DNA of 64,000 nucleotides, taken from positions 5,638 to 69,637 of the forward strand of contig WGNN01000006.1 of NCBI GenBank assembly GCA_016124515.1, read 5' to 3'. A program made the position numbers and the translations under genes. The stretch comes from a bacterium. GTDB taxonomy: Bacteria > Bacteroidota > Bacteroidia > CAILMK01 > JACPUW01. Positions 28,324-38,494 of the stretch are shown here, one piece after another. The notes under the pieces were generated by a model that made no database searches, was not told where the DNA came from, and saw nothing but the letters and a program-made list of their open reading frames with translations. Every line of letters starts with the position of its first letter. Within the stretch, counting starts at the first letter, position 1.

Positions 28324-31300
28324 ATGCCAACGATATATGACAATATCAGAGAGAAACTAGCTGACGAACTAAAAACAGTAGTTGCTCAATCTTACCGAAC
28401 TGACTTTTGTGTAGGTTATTTCAATTTACGCGGTTGGGGAACCGTTGCTGATTTAATTGACAAATTCGGCGGAACAGATGAAAACTGTTGTCGCCTGATT
28501 GTAGGAATGCAGCGTCCATCAGAAGATGTATTGAAAGAAGTTCTTAGCAATCAAAAAGAAGGCAAGGTTGATCAAGCAAGGGTGGCCTTTTTAAAAAAGG
28601 AAATGGCTCGTGAGTTTAGAGACCAATTAACTTACGGAATCCCAACTTCAAAAGATGAAAATGCCTTAAGGCAACTTTCTGAGCAATTGAAAGCAAAAAA
28701 GGTTATAGTTAAGCTCTATTTGGCGCATACACTTCATGCCAAATTGTACCTGGCTTATAGAGATGACAATAAGGCACCAACTATTGGTTATTTAGGAAGC
28801 AGTAACCTAACTATGTCGGGTTTAGAAAAACAAGGGGAGCTAAATGTTGATGTTTTTGAAAAAGATGCCGCTGATAAACTGGCACAATGGTTTCAAGATA
28901 GATGGGATGACAGATTTGCGATAGATATTACAGACGAACTGGCTGAAATTATTGATGAAAGCTGGGCGGGTGAAAAAGTAATACCACCTTACTATATTTA
29001 TCTTAAAATCGCCTGGCACTTGTCACAAGAAGCTCAAACAGGTGAAAAGAATTTTGAGATTCCGGAGGAATTCAACGATTTGTTTTCATTTCAGAAAAAG
29101 GCGGTGGCTTTGGCCGCTCAACATTTGTACAATAGAAATGGGGTAATGATTGGTGATGTTGTTGGTTTGGGCAAAACCATGACTGCATCTGCATTGGCAA
29201 AGTTGTATGAAGAGACTTTTATCATTGAAACATTGATTATTTGCCCTAAAAATTTGGTTGAGATGTGGGAAGACTATCGCCATAAATACCGATTGAGAGC
29301 AAGGGTGTTCTCAATCTCAAAAGTGAATAAAACTTGGCTTGAAAAAGAAAGAAGGTACAGATTGGTAATAATTGATGAGAGCCACAACCTAAGAAACAGG
29401 GATGGTAAACGATATGGTTTAATAAAAGACTACCTTGAGCAAAATGAGAGTAGAGTAATTCTTTTAACCGCAACACCTTATAATAAGTCTTATTTAGACA
29501 TATCAAGCCAGTTAAGATTGTTCATGTCTGAAGATCAAGATCTAGGTTTCGGTCCAGAGCGTTTTCTTGAAGAAATTGGTGGACAAACAGAGTATGTAGC
29601 GGAATATCAAAGCTCGCCCTTTAGCTTGGTGGCATTTGAAAAAAGTGAGCACGCTGACGACTGGCGAGAGTTGCTTAAAATGTTCTTGGTTAGGCGTACT
29701 AGAACCTTTATTAAAGAAAACTATGCTGAGTTTGACGAGAGTAAAGACCAATATTATTTGACCTATGATGGTGATAAGCGTTATTACTTTCCAAAACGTA
29801 TTCCCAGAAAAATTGAGTACGATTTTGACCCTAACGACCCTGATGATGTTTACGCAAAGCTATTCTCAGCCGATATTGTAAGTAGTTTAAATGCACTTCA
29901 ATTACCTAGATATGGTCTGGGAAATTACATAGAAAATAATAAAAGGGGTACTGCTTCAAATCAAGAAGAAGAGATATTGAGCAATCTTACAATGGCCGGG
30001 AGAAGACTTATGGGCTTTTGCCGAACCAATTTGTTCAAAAGACTGGAAAGTTCAGGTTATTCTTTTCTTCTATCACTTTCAAGGCATGTAATGCGCAATT
30101 ACATCTTTATTTATGCCATTGAAAATAAGCTGGACCTACCCATTGGGGTGCAGGAGCTTGAAATGGACGAGTATTTAGAAGAGCATGATGAAGACTTAGC
30201 TGAATTGGGTGTTTTATCCTTAGAAACGGATGAATCTCATTTTCAAAAATCAGCTAAGAACCTTTACAACGTATTGCGTGACCAAGCCAAAAAACATAAG
30301 TGGATCTCTCCTGAATTCTTTAGAAGGGGTTTAAAGAAGCATTTAAAAGAAGATGCTGCCCGATTAATTGAAATAATTGAAATGGCAAAAAATTGGGATG
30401 CTTCGACCGATAAGCAGATTGATGCTCTCGAAAGACTTTGTCAAAATGATTTTAAAAATGAAAAGGTTTTAGTGTTTACCCAATTTGCCGATACGGCCAA
30501 CTATTTATATAACGAATTAAAGCGAAGAGGTGTAACTCATATTGCCCAGGTAACGGGTGCCAATGAAAACCCAACTGTATTTGCTCATAGGTTTAGCCCT
30601 AATAGTAACAAGTACAAGTTCAAAAAAAATGAAAACGAGCTGAGAATCATAATTACAACGGATGTGCTAAGCGAAGGCCAGAACTTACAAGACGCCCATG
30701 TAATTGTAAATTTTGATTTGCCTTGGGCCTTAATAAGATTGATTCAGCGCGCAGGTAGAGTTGATAGAATTGGCCAAAAAGCACCTGAAATTTTCTGCTA
30801 CTCATTCCTCCCTGCCGATGGATTAGAGACAATTATACAGCTTCGCGGAAGGCTTCAACAACGAATCACCGAAAATGCTGAAGTGGTAGGCTCAGACGAA
30901 ATGTTTTTTGATGGTGATCCAGTGAACATTACAGACCTGTACAACGAAAAAGCGGGAATTTTAGACGAAGATGAAACGGACGATGAAGTGGACTTAACTT
31001 CAAAGGCTTACGAAATTTGGAATCAGGCAACTAAGGCCAATCCCAAGCTGGCCAAAGAGATTAAAGCACTACCGAATGTAGTGTACAGCACCAAACCAAA
31101 ACCCGATGCAGCCATCAACAATGGCGTTATAAGCTACCACAAAACTGCTTTTGGCATTGATGTGCTTACTTGGCTTGATGAAAATGGAAATGTACGCTCT
31201 AAGAGCCAAAATAGAATATTAAACATGCTTGAGTGCAGCTTAGAAACCCCCGCACTTAAACGCTTAGAAAACCACCATGAATTGGTAGGAAAGGCGGTGA

Positions 31301-31653
31301 AACTTGCACAGAAAACCCATAAGAACATGGGCGGCCATTTAGGTAAAAAGAGCAGTGCCAGGTACAAGATTTATCACCGCTTAAAAAGGCTGGAGCAAGA
31401 AAATGAAAACACACTTTTTGAAAGCGAAGATTTGCGCAAGGCCATTGACGATATTTACAAGTTTCCATTGCAAGAAAGTACTAAAACAAGACTCAATAGG
31501 CGTATGCGCATGGGGCTTACTGATGATGAGCTTAGCCAACTTGTAATTGGACTTAGAAACGAAGGTAGATTATGCGTGATAAGTAAAAAGGAAAGTGAAA
31601 CCAATTTGGCACCACAGGTAATTTGTTCAATGGGATTAAAAGAAGTGAATTAA
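28324..31653 (+). CDS. PLD(HKD)-family nuclease fused to an SNF2/ResIII-type SF2 helicase
   Basis: N-terminal single HKD motif 'HAKLYLAYRDD...GSSNLT'. Helicase motifs I 'GDVVGLGKTMTA', II 'IIDESHNLRN', III 'LLTATPYNKS', V/VI 'TTDVLSEGQNLQDAHVIVNFDLPW...QRAGRVDRIGQ'. Confidence 0.85.
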   Translation: MPTIYDNIREKLADELKTVVAQSYRTDFCVGYFNLRGWGTVADLIDKFGGTDENCCRLIVGMQRPSEDVLKEVLSNQKEGKVDQARVAFLKKEMAREFRDQLTYGIPTSKDENALRQLSEQLKAKKVIVKLYLAHTLHAKLYLAYRDDNKAPTIGYLGSSNLTMSGLEKQGELNVDVFEKDAADKLAQWFQDRWDDRFAIDITDELAEIIDESWAGEKVIPPYYIYLKIAWHLSQEAQTGEKNFEIPEEFNDLFSFQKKAVALAAQHLYNRNGVMIGDVVGLGKTMTASALAKLYEETFIIETLIICPKNLVEMWEDYRHKYRLRARVFSISKVNKTWLEKERRYRLVIIDESHNLRNRDGKRYGLIKDYLEQNESRVILLTATPYNKSYLDISSQLRLFMSEDQDLGFGPERFLEEIGGQTEYVAEYQSSPFSLVAFEKSEHADDWRELLKMFLVRRTRTFIKENYAEFDESKDQYYLTYDGDKRYYFPKRIPRKIEYDFDPNDPDDVYAKLFSADIVSSLNALQLPRYGLGNYIENNKRGTASNQEEEILSNLTMAGRRLMGFCRTNLFKRLESSGYSFLLSLSRHVMRNYIFIYAIENKLDLPIGVQELEMDEYLEEHDEDLAELGVLSLETDESHFQKSAKNLYNVLRDQAKKHKWISPEFFRRGLKKHLKEDAARLIEIIEMAKNWDASTDKQIDALERLCQNDFKNEKVLVFTQFADTANYLYNELKRRGVTHIAQVTGANENPTVFAHRFSPNSNKYKFKKNENELRIIITTDVLSEGQNLQDAHVIVNFDLPWALIRLIQRAGRVDRIGQKAPEIFCYSFLPADGLETIIQLRGRLQQRITENAEVVGSDEMFFDGDPVNITDLYNEKAGILDEDETDDEVDLTSKAYEIWNQATKANPKLAKEIKALPNVVYSTKPKPDAAINNGVISYHKTAFGIDVLTWLDENGNVRSKSQNRILNMLECSLETPALKRLENHHELVGKAVKLAQKTHKNMGGHLGKKSSARYKIYHRLKRLEQENENTLFESEDLRKAIDDIYKFPLQESTKTRLNRRMRMGLTDDELSQLVIGLRNEGRLCVISKKESETNLAPQVICSMGLKEVN

Positions 31654-31654
31654 T

Positions 31655-34600
31655 ATGCAAAGTATAAGCAAGCAACAATTCAAAGCTTGGGTTAAAGCAT
31701 TTGATTTTTCTGAGCTTTTTAATCAATTAGGTTGGGACTATGTAGATGATGAAATTTACAAAAAGGTGGGTGATGAAACATTTACTTTTAACCATGTAGC
31801 CAATAAAGAAGGTTTTGCCATTTTAGTAGTTGAGCCTGATAAAAATGGCCAAATTCCAGCCGCCGCAGTAAGGAAAAGAGTGCATACCGAAATAAGCAAA
31901 CTTCACCATGAACACTTGCTCATTTTTATTGATAAAAACAAATCTGCACAGCAATGGGAACTCATTTTAAGAGAACCCAATAAACCCATTAGAACTGTTG
32001 GCCATAAATGGAATAAACAGCAAGACCCCGAATTACTATACCAAAAGCTAGCAGGAGCTTTTTTTAGCTTTGACGAAGAAGGCAACCTTACCATTATTGA
32101 TGTAGTAAACCGCCTTAAAGAAAACTTTGGCGCAAATGCCGAAAAGGTTACCAAAAAATTCTATGCAGAGTTTAAAACCCAACACAAGGCCTTTTTAGAC
32201 TTTATATCAGGCATTGACGACCACATTAAAAAAGGCGAAAACAAAAACAAGCAATGGTATGCTTCGCTCATGCTCAACCGCTTAATGTTTTGCTACTTTA
32301 TACAGAAAAAAGGTTTTTTAGATGGCGATAGAAATTACCTGAGCAACAAACTTGAAGCTTGCAAAAACCTTGGTGCAAATGATCAATTCTATAGCTTTTA
32401 TCGCAGCTTTTTATTAGAGTTATTTCATGATGGTTTGGGTAAACCCGAAGCCAATAGAAATCATAAAATTCCCGTTGATTTAGGCAAAATACCTTACCTA
32501 AACGGTGGTTTGTTTGATGTGCATCAGCTTGAAAAACAGTTTGAAGCCATACAAATTGCTGATGATGCTTTTGAAAAGATATTTGAGTTTTTTGACAAAT
32601 GGGAATGGCATTTAGATACCCGTGAAGATGCAACGGGCAAAACCATAAACCCCGATGTAATAGGCTACATTTTTGAAAAGTACATTAACGAGCGTGCCGC
32701 TATGGGTGCCTATTACACCAAAGAAGATATTACCGAATACATAAGCAAAAACACCATACTGCCTTTTCTTTTTGACGAAACACAAAGGCAATACCCCAAA
32801 GCTTTTAAAACCAATGCCCATATATGGCAATACCTGCAGGCAAGTGGTAGCGACTACATTTACGATGCGGTAAAAAAAGGTGTGCCGCAAGAAGGGGAAC
32901 TTTACAGTGATTTACCTGACGAAATACAGGAAGGTTTTAAACCCGAGCTTGAAGATAAAGTAGTGGCCGAAACCACTGAACCACACCTTTGGGAAATAAG
33001 AAGACCATGGAACCAAGCAGCACCTGAAGAAATTGCCCTGCCCACCGAAACCTACCGCGAGCTTATTGAGCGCCGTAAACGCTATGCCGATATAGCGCAA
33101 AAGATACATGCAGGTGAAATAGAAAAGATAAATGACTTTATAACATACAACCTAAACATAAGACAGTTTACCCAAGATTATTTAGAAACTACCAATGACG
33201 CCGATTTTATTAGGCATTTCTACAAAGCCATAAACAAAGTAACCATCTTAGACCCTACCTGTGGTTCAGGTGCTTTTTTGTTTGCCGCACTTAATATATT
33301 AGAGCCGCTCTACAATACGTGCTTAGACCGCATGGAAGAATTTGTGACTGAAAATCCCGGCAAGTACAAATTCTTTGAAGATACCCTGAATAAGGTAAAC
33401 AGCCCCGAACACCCCAGCCGAACCTATTTTATTTACAAGAGCATCATACTCCATAACCTGTTTGGGGTTGACATAATGAAAGAAGCGGTTGAAATTGCCA
33501 AGCTGCGTTTGTTCTTAAAATTGGTAAGCACAGTTGAAGTTGACTACAAAAAACGAAACCTGGGCCTTGAACCTTTACCTGACATTGACTTTAACATACG
33601 CCACGGCAATACCTTGGTGGGTTTTGCCACCGAGCAAGAATTGCTAAATACCATACAAAAACACGATGCCCTTTTTGCTCAAGACAAATTGGATGAGTTT
33701 AAAGACGAGTGTGATATAGTAGCCAAGGCTTACACTCAGTTTAGCAATTGCCAATTAGACGATAACGTTCCCATTGATGACAAAGCAAAAGCCAAAAACG
33801 ACTTAAACGCTAAACTAGAAACGCTTAACTCAAAACTCAACAAGTACTTAGCCACCAACTACGGTATAGATGCCGATAAAAAACCAAAAGACTACGGCGC
33901 TTGGCTTGAGAGCCACATGCCATTCCATTGGTTTGCCGAGTTTTATCAAATAATAGCAGGCAATGGCGGTTTTGATGTGATTATTGGGAATCCACCATAC
34001 ATAGAATATAGCAAAGTCAGAAAACAATATACCATCGTTAACAAGGATGAAGCAAGTTGCGGTAACCTATTTGGAATCGTAACGACAAAGCTTGATGTTC
34101 TCAAGAATGAACATGGGAGAACAGGGATGATTGTGCCGATTAGTCTAATATGCACGAAGCGCATGTCAAGTGTGTTAGAAGAATTAAAGAACAACAATTT
34201 GTGGCTCAGTCACTATGCAGAAAGACCCAGTAAGTTATTTACAGGAGCCGAAGTGTTGTTGACTATTTATTTAACGGGTGAAACAAATCTGAAGAAATCA
34301 CAAACGTATTCAACTGGATTCACCAAATGGAACTCAAACTTTCGAACATTTTTGTTTGATTCTACGACCTACCAGCCAAACGATTCAATATTCAGAAATT
34401 ATGTATCCACTAAAAGCTCAAGTCAAGTTGATTTAAACATAATTTACAACTTGTTAGAAAGGCAAGAAGTAATTGAAAAAGATATTGTGTCTCAATCAAA
34501 ATTTGAGATTTTCTATAGAATCGGTGGTGGAAGATATTGGAAAATATTTACTGATTTTTCCCCGAGATTCATATTAAATGGTGTTGAAGGAAAGTCCAGT

Positions 34601-35041
34601 CGTGAGAATCGAATTTTCTTTAGAACTGATAGAAATCGCTTTCTAACAATCTCAGCACTTAGTAGCAGCCTATTTTATTATTATTTTATTCACACGACAA
34701 ATTGTCGCGATTTGAACCCAAACGACCTGCGGTCGTTTCCATTACTAGAGAATAAAATAGATAAACATATAGCCACTCAATTGTCTAAACTGGGTGACGA
34801 TTTGATGCGTGATTATCAAAGGACTAGTGAATTCAAGAAAAAAACATCTAGTAAAACCGGTGAAATAGAGTATCAAGAATTCTATCCAAGAAAATCAAAA
34901 GATATCATCGACCAAATCGATACAGTATTAGCGCAGCATTATGGTTTTACCGAAGCAGAATTAGATTTTATCATCAACTACGATTACAAATACCGCATGG
35001 GCGGGGCTTTAAGTGAAGGTGGAGATGGAAAAGAAGAATAA
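31655..35041 (+). CDS. Large gamma-class N6-adenine DNA methyltransferase (Eco57I/PglX/DrmMI-like), 1128 aa
   Basis: Motif X 'GAYYTKEDITEYI', motif I 'LDPTCGSGAFLFAALN', motif IV 'IIGNPPYI'. About 330-aa N-terminal and ~350-aa C-terminal (TRD-like) extensions. Its start is 1 bp after the helicase stop. Confidence 0.85.
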   Translation: MQSISKQQFKAWVKAFDFSELFNQLGWDYVDDEIYKKVGDETFTFNHVANKEGFAILVVEPDKNGQIPAAAVRKRVHTEISKLHHEHLLIFIDKNKSAQQWELILREPNKPIRTVGHKWNKQQDPELLYQKLAGAFFSFDEEGNLTIIDVVNRLKENFGANAEKVTKKFYAEFKTQHKAFLDFISGIDDHIKKGENKNKQWYASLMLNRLMFCYFIQKKGFLDGDRNYLSNKLEACKNLGANDQFYSFYRSFLLELFHDGLGKPEANRNHKIPVDLGKIPYLNGGLFDVHQLEKQFEAIQIADDAFEKIFEFFDKWEWHLDTREDATGKTINPDVIGYIFEKYINERAAMGAYYTKEDITEYISKNTILPFLFDETQRQYPKAFKTNAHIWQYLQASGSDYIYDAVKKGVPQEGELYSDLPDEIQEGFKPELEDKVVAETTEPHLWEIRRPWNQAAPEEIALPTETYRELIERRKRYADIAQKIHAGEIEKINDFITYNLNIRQFTQDYLETTNDADFIRHFYKAINKVTILDPTCGSGAFLFAALNILEPLYNTCLDRMEEFVTENPGKYKFFEDTLNKVNSPEHPSRTYFIYKSIILHNLFGVDIMKEAVEIAKLRLFLKLVSTVEVDYKKRNLGLEPLPDIDFNIRHGNTLVGFATEQELLNTIQKHDALFAQDKLDEFKDECDIVAKAYTQFSNCQLDDNVPIDDKAKAKNDLNAKLETLNSKLNKYLATNYGIDADKKPKDYGAWLESHMPFHWFAEFYQIIAGNGGFDVIIGNPPYIEYSKVRKQYTIVNKDEASCGNLFGIVTTKLDVLKNEHGRTGMIVPISLICTKRMSSVLEELKNNNLWLSHYAERPSKLFTGAEVLLTIYLTGETNLKKSQTYSTGFTKWNSNFRTFLFDSTTYQPNDSIFRNYVSTKSSSQVDLNIIYNLLERQEVIEKDIVSQSKFEIFYRIGGGRYWKIFTDFSPRFILNGVEGKSSRENRIFFRTDRNRFLTISALSSSLFYYYFIHTTNCRDLNPNDLRSFPLLENKIDKHIATQLSKLGDDLMRDYQRTSEFKKKTSSKTGEIEYQEFYPRKSKDIIDQIDTVLAQHYGFTEAELDFIINYDYKYRMGGALSEGGDGKEE

Positions 35042-36080
35042 AAAGGAATTTCTACTCACGCGTAAGCATGTGCAAATTGTTTCGTGGGTTGGTTTGTTAC
35101 TATTAATCTTTTCATTGTTTCTGCCAGCCCTATTAAGTCAAAATACAGGTTGGTGGGATTTTAGTACTACCGGAGAAATTGGCGATACCATTGGCGGTAT
35201 TCTTACACCTGCTATTGCAGTAATTGCCGCAGGTTTAACCTTTCTCGCATTTTACGTTCAGTTTGAAGCCAATCAGCAACAAAAAAATGACATTGCTCGC
35301 GAACGTTTAGAAAGGAAGTTTTATCAGTTATTGGAATTGCATAAAAAGAATGTAGATGAATTACAACTTAATGAAAAAATAAAAGGGCGACACTACTTTC
35401 CTCATTTATTCAATGAGTTTAAAGCCAGCTACTATTTATGTGAAAAATTGATGAAGGAAACGAATCAAGTAGATTCTTTAGATGACGAGATGCTTATTGA
35501 TGTAGCCTATAGATTTATGTTTTTGGGTACTAATTCATTAACTCCTGAAAACATTCCTGTTCTTTTCTCAAGGAGTTCATTTCCCTTTATTCTAAAAGCA
35601 CATAATTTAGCAACTGATGTACTACATCGAAGCTTTGATGGCCACATGAAACAGAATCCACACTTTCCGTTACAGGGATATATTTTTCAAGATAATAATC
35701 CTAAGCGTGGTGAACCATATCTCATTTATCATAAACCCTTTAGCGGGCACTCACATCAATTAGGCCATTATTTTCGAAACTTGTTTCACATGGTGAAACT
35801 TATTGATCAAAATACATGGCTTTCTGATGAAGAGAAAAAAGACTTTACAAGAATAATTCGTGCTCAACTTAGCAATGAAGAGCAGTTGATGCTTTATTAT
35901 AATGCTCAAAGCAATTACGGTAAAGCATGGTTTGAAAATGGCTATTTCAAAAAGTATAAGCTTGTGCACAATATGCCTGTTCAAATGGCTGAGATTGGAC
36001 TGAACCCGAAAAGTAAATTCATAAGTAAGTATGGTGCTTTACCAAATGGCGAAGAATACTTTGAATGGGACGAGCGATGA
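35013..36080 (+). CDS. Membrane protein, possibly of the 'putative phage abortive infection (AbiC-like)' family
   Basis: Two N-terminal TM helices flanking 'GEIGDTIGGILTPAIAVIAAGLTFLAFY', then a soluble ~280-aa domain. The Abi assignment is by recalled motif resemblance only. Confidence 0.4.
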   Translation: MKVEMEKKNKKEFLLTRKHVQIVSWVGLLLLIFSLFLPALLSQNTGWWDFSTTGEIGDTIGGILTPAIAVIAAGLTFLAFYVQFEANQQQKNDIARERLERKFYQLLELHKKNVDELQLNEKIKGRHYFPHLFNEFKASYYLCEKLMKETNQVDSLDDEMLIDVAYRFMFLGTNSLTPENIPVLFSRSSFPFILKAHNLATDVLHRSFDGHMKQNPHFPLQGYIFQDNNPKRGEPYLIYHKPFSGHSHQLGHYFRNLFHMVKLIDQNTWLSDEEKKDFTRIIRAQLSNEEQLMLYYNAQSNYGKAWFENGYFKKYKLVHNMPVQMAEIGLNPKSKFISKYGALPNGEEYFEWDER

Positions 36081-36628
36081 CTAATAAACTACTTGACAAT
36101 TTCAGAAGAAAAGTTGCCTTTAAAACATCTTTATCAGATGCTTTTAGAAGGGGTCATGTTTACAATACTGATTTTACAGAATCACAAAAGAATAAGGCAA
36201 AGGCAAGGCTAATTCCTATTCTAAAAGAAAAACTACCTTCAATTATTGAATGTTTAGATATTGAAAATGGTTACACGGAAGAAAATCTTTGCAATCAAAT
36301 AGAAAAGCTTGCAAACGATATTACCAAGCTATTGCCAAATGATTTGAACAATAGCCGTTTCAGAATAGGAACAGCCCAAAAGCTCATCAACGTATATTGG
36401 AAGTTTCTTTGGCTTTTTGAGCTTACCGAAAAGGAGCCATTGCATTGCCCGATAGATTCGATAATTCTTGGTACCTTAGATGAACCATTTAAAAGTTTAA
36501 GATGGACACAACTTGATTCAATAGGCCAGTACAAAGAAATTATTGAAGAAATACGTATAAAGGCAGAAGCTAAAGACCAATCAATTGCCGTTTGGGAGTT
36601 GGAAGTATATGACCAAAAAGTGAATTAA
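36077..36628 (+). CDS. Hypothetical protein (183 aa), translationally coupled (ATGA overlap) to the upstream Abi-like gene
   Basis: ATG at 36077 overlaps TGA at 36078-36080. No recognisable motif. Confidence 0.5.
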   Translation: MTNKLLDNFRRKVAFKTSLSDAFRRGHVYNTDFTESQKNKAKARLIPILKEKLPSIIECLDIENGYTEENLCNQIEKLANDITKLLPNDLNNSRFRIGTAQKLINVYWKFLWLFELTEKEPLHCPIDSIILGTLDEPFKSLRWTQLDSIGQYKEIIEEIRIKAEAKDQSIAVWELEVYDQKVN

Positions 36629-36637
36629 ATAATCAGT

Positions 36638-37102
36638 ATGACATTTGCCAACGAATCAGACTTTGAAGCCTATCTAAGAGGTGAAATTATTAAACCGATA
36701 ATCACCAGTCATAAGGAGTATTACTTAATGGAGAGCAAAAAGGCAGTTGATATACTTATTTGTAAAAATGGTTCTAATCCTTCATTGTACTTCATTGAAG
36801 TAAAGTATCACAAAAAACTACATGGAAGATTAGGTATAGGCCAAAGAAAAGGTGTCGGTTTTCAGCCCGAGATACTAAGCAGTAAACCGACATATTTCCA
36901 GAATAACCTTAGATGGGTAATGGGCTCTGAAAGTCATAATGGCTTTTTGTGGCTTCATAATGACGAAATTACCGAGTATCTTAATGCCGGAATGGTGGGA
37001 GGCAAATACAACGGGGTGCGGAAAAAAATCTTCAATGAAAAACCACTTTTAAACACCGCCCAATTGGAGAGCAATTTAAGAAGTTGGTTAGGTGTTGAAT
37101 AA
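36638..37102 (+). CDS. Small PD-(D/E)xK-like (restriction-endonuclease-fold) protein candidate
   Basis: 'AVDILICKNG-x11-YFIEVKY' fits the hhhD...(D/E)xK core, with an upstream acidic 'FEAYLRGE'. Confidence 0.45.
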   Translation: MTFANESDFEAYLRGEIIKPIITSHKEYYLMESKKAVDILICKNGSNPSLYFIEVKYHKKLHGRLGIGQRKGVGFQPEILSSKPTYFQNNLRWVMGSESHNGFLWLHNDEITEYLNAGMVGGKYNGVRKKIFNEKPLLNTAQLESNLRSWLGVE

Positions 37103-37140
37103 ATGTGAAATAAATTAATAGGATCAATAAAAGATGATTT

Positions 37141-37506
37141 ATGAAAATTGGAATTCAAAATTTTTTAGCCTTCATAATTCTCAACTTTGGTATGTTGATG
37201 ATACCTTTCATCGTGTTGCAGCTGCATGCTAATGATGTTCAACTTCACGAATTTTCAATAGCACTGTCGTTTTACCTTGTAGCACTTGCGTTTACTTCAA
37301 GTACGGTTATTGGGTTCATTTCTCTACTAGTTCTCTCTATTTTCACCCTTTTTGACTATGCTTTTATTGATCGAACAATACCGGTAACAAAATTGGATTA
37401 TCATGTTGCCTTATACATCGTGGCCTTTATTGCTACAATATTGATATCGTATGAAAAATACGTGAGACAAGGCCAACCAATAATTGAAATAAGGCAATTA
37501 TCATGA
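37141..37506 (+). CDS. Small integral membrane protein (3-4 TM)
   Basis: Hydrophobic throughout. ATGA overlap with the next gene. Confidence 0.4.
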   Translation: MKIGIQNFLAFIILNFGMLMIPFIVLQLHANDVQLHEFSIALSFYLVALAFTSSTVIGFISLLVLSIFTLFDYAFIDRTIPVTKLDYHVALYIVAFIATILISYEKYVRQGQPIIEIRQLS

Positions 37507-38324
37507 CGCTAATCACAATTACTATTTGCTCGCTCGCTTTGTTACCTTTGGTGTGGCAATTTGGTGCAAACATTAACGCGGACTTAAAATTTAAACGGGT
37601 TCTTAAAGCGAATAAGGAAGAAATCCTTGAGTTTATGAGTGCCATTGGCTTTCGAAGTGACCCACCTAACCCTTTTCGAGTAAACTATGCATTATATAAT
37701 TTGCTGTACATAGAGTTTGATAAGATTATAAAGGAAAAGCTGACAGGTGGTGCCAAGGCCATTATTCTGGAAAGCTTTTCACATAAAAACATTCCTCAAA
37801 CTTTAAGATTCTTGAACCGAATGCTCCCTGTAATTGGTATTGCGAGAATTGAATTTGAAGAAGCCGCACTCAAATCAACATTAGAGCAGGTACAATACAA
37901 AAAAGAGAGTGAGCAAAATGAAGAAATCAAGAGACTGAATAAAATGCTTGAAAAAGCAAATATTAAACAAAAGACAATTGAGAAGCTCGGTGAAGAAGTG
38001 AAGACTGCTTCGCAGTCAGAACAAGGTTTAGGAGTTTCAAAAGACTCTGCGATTGCAACCCAAGAATATACCATGAAGGTTAAAGAAAGAACAAGCCGCG
38101 TTCAAAGTCTTAATGATCAATTTGACAATGAGTATAGCAAATTACAATCGCTCTTTGATCGTATTGAAAACAAATTGACTGAAGACGAAAATTATTCTTT
38201 TTTCAAGAAAATGAAGGAAGTCTCTGAACGTTTAAAATCCTTAGAAGAAAATCAAAGGTATATTAATGAAGAGACCAAGAGAACTACTGAAGAGTTTCAG
38301 GAAGGTCTTGAAAAAAATGACTAG
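37503..38324 (+). CDS. Membrane-anchored coiled-coil protein
   Basis: N-terminal TM 'ITICSLALLPLVW', then a K/E-rich heptad-like region. Confidence 0.45.
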   Translation: MTLITITICSLALLPLVWQFGANINADLKFKRVLKANKEEILEFMSAIGFRSDPPNPFRVNYALYNLLYIEFDKIIKEKLTGGAKAIILESFSHKNIPQTLRFLNRMLPVIGIARIEFEEAALKSTLEQVQYKKESEQNEEIKRLNKMLEKANIKQKTIEKLGEEVKTASQSEQGLGVSKDSAIATQEYTMKVKERTSRVQSLNDQFDNEYSKLQSLFDRIENKLTEDENYSFFKKMKEVSERLKSLEENQRYINEETKRTTEEFQEGLEKND

Positions 38325-38494
38325 TAGTCGTCGATATTGTCTTGTATATGAGTGCAAGGTGATTAACCAAATTAAGCAGGCCATGACTGATTAACTTGCC
38401 TTTTACCTTAAGATGTTTTGATTGAAGTGAATAGCCGACTGAGTTTTAAGAAACTGACCAATTGGAAGCTTAAATTGCAATAGAATTAGCACAA

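Noticed and set aside
31655-32650. Cryptic PD-(D/E)xK nuclease in the first ~330 aa of the MTase ('ILVVEPDK...IFIDKNK'), which would make it a Type IIG/MmeI-like single-chain enzyme
   Set aside because: The spacing and residues fit the nuclease core only loosely. I cannot support it without profile searches, so it is left as an unassigned N-terminal domain.
28324-35041. Canonical DISARM class 1 or BREX system
   Set aside because: No DUF1998 (DrmB) or DrmA-like helicase, and no PglZ, BrxC, BrxL or BrxA, anywhere in the 64 kb. Only the PLD-SNF2 and N6A-MTase components are present, so it is reported as a variant or novel arrangement and not as DISARM or BREX.
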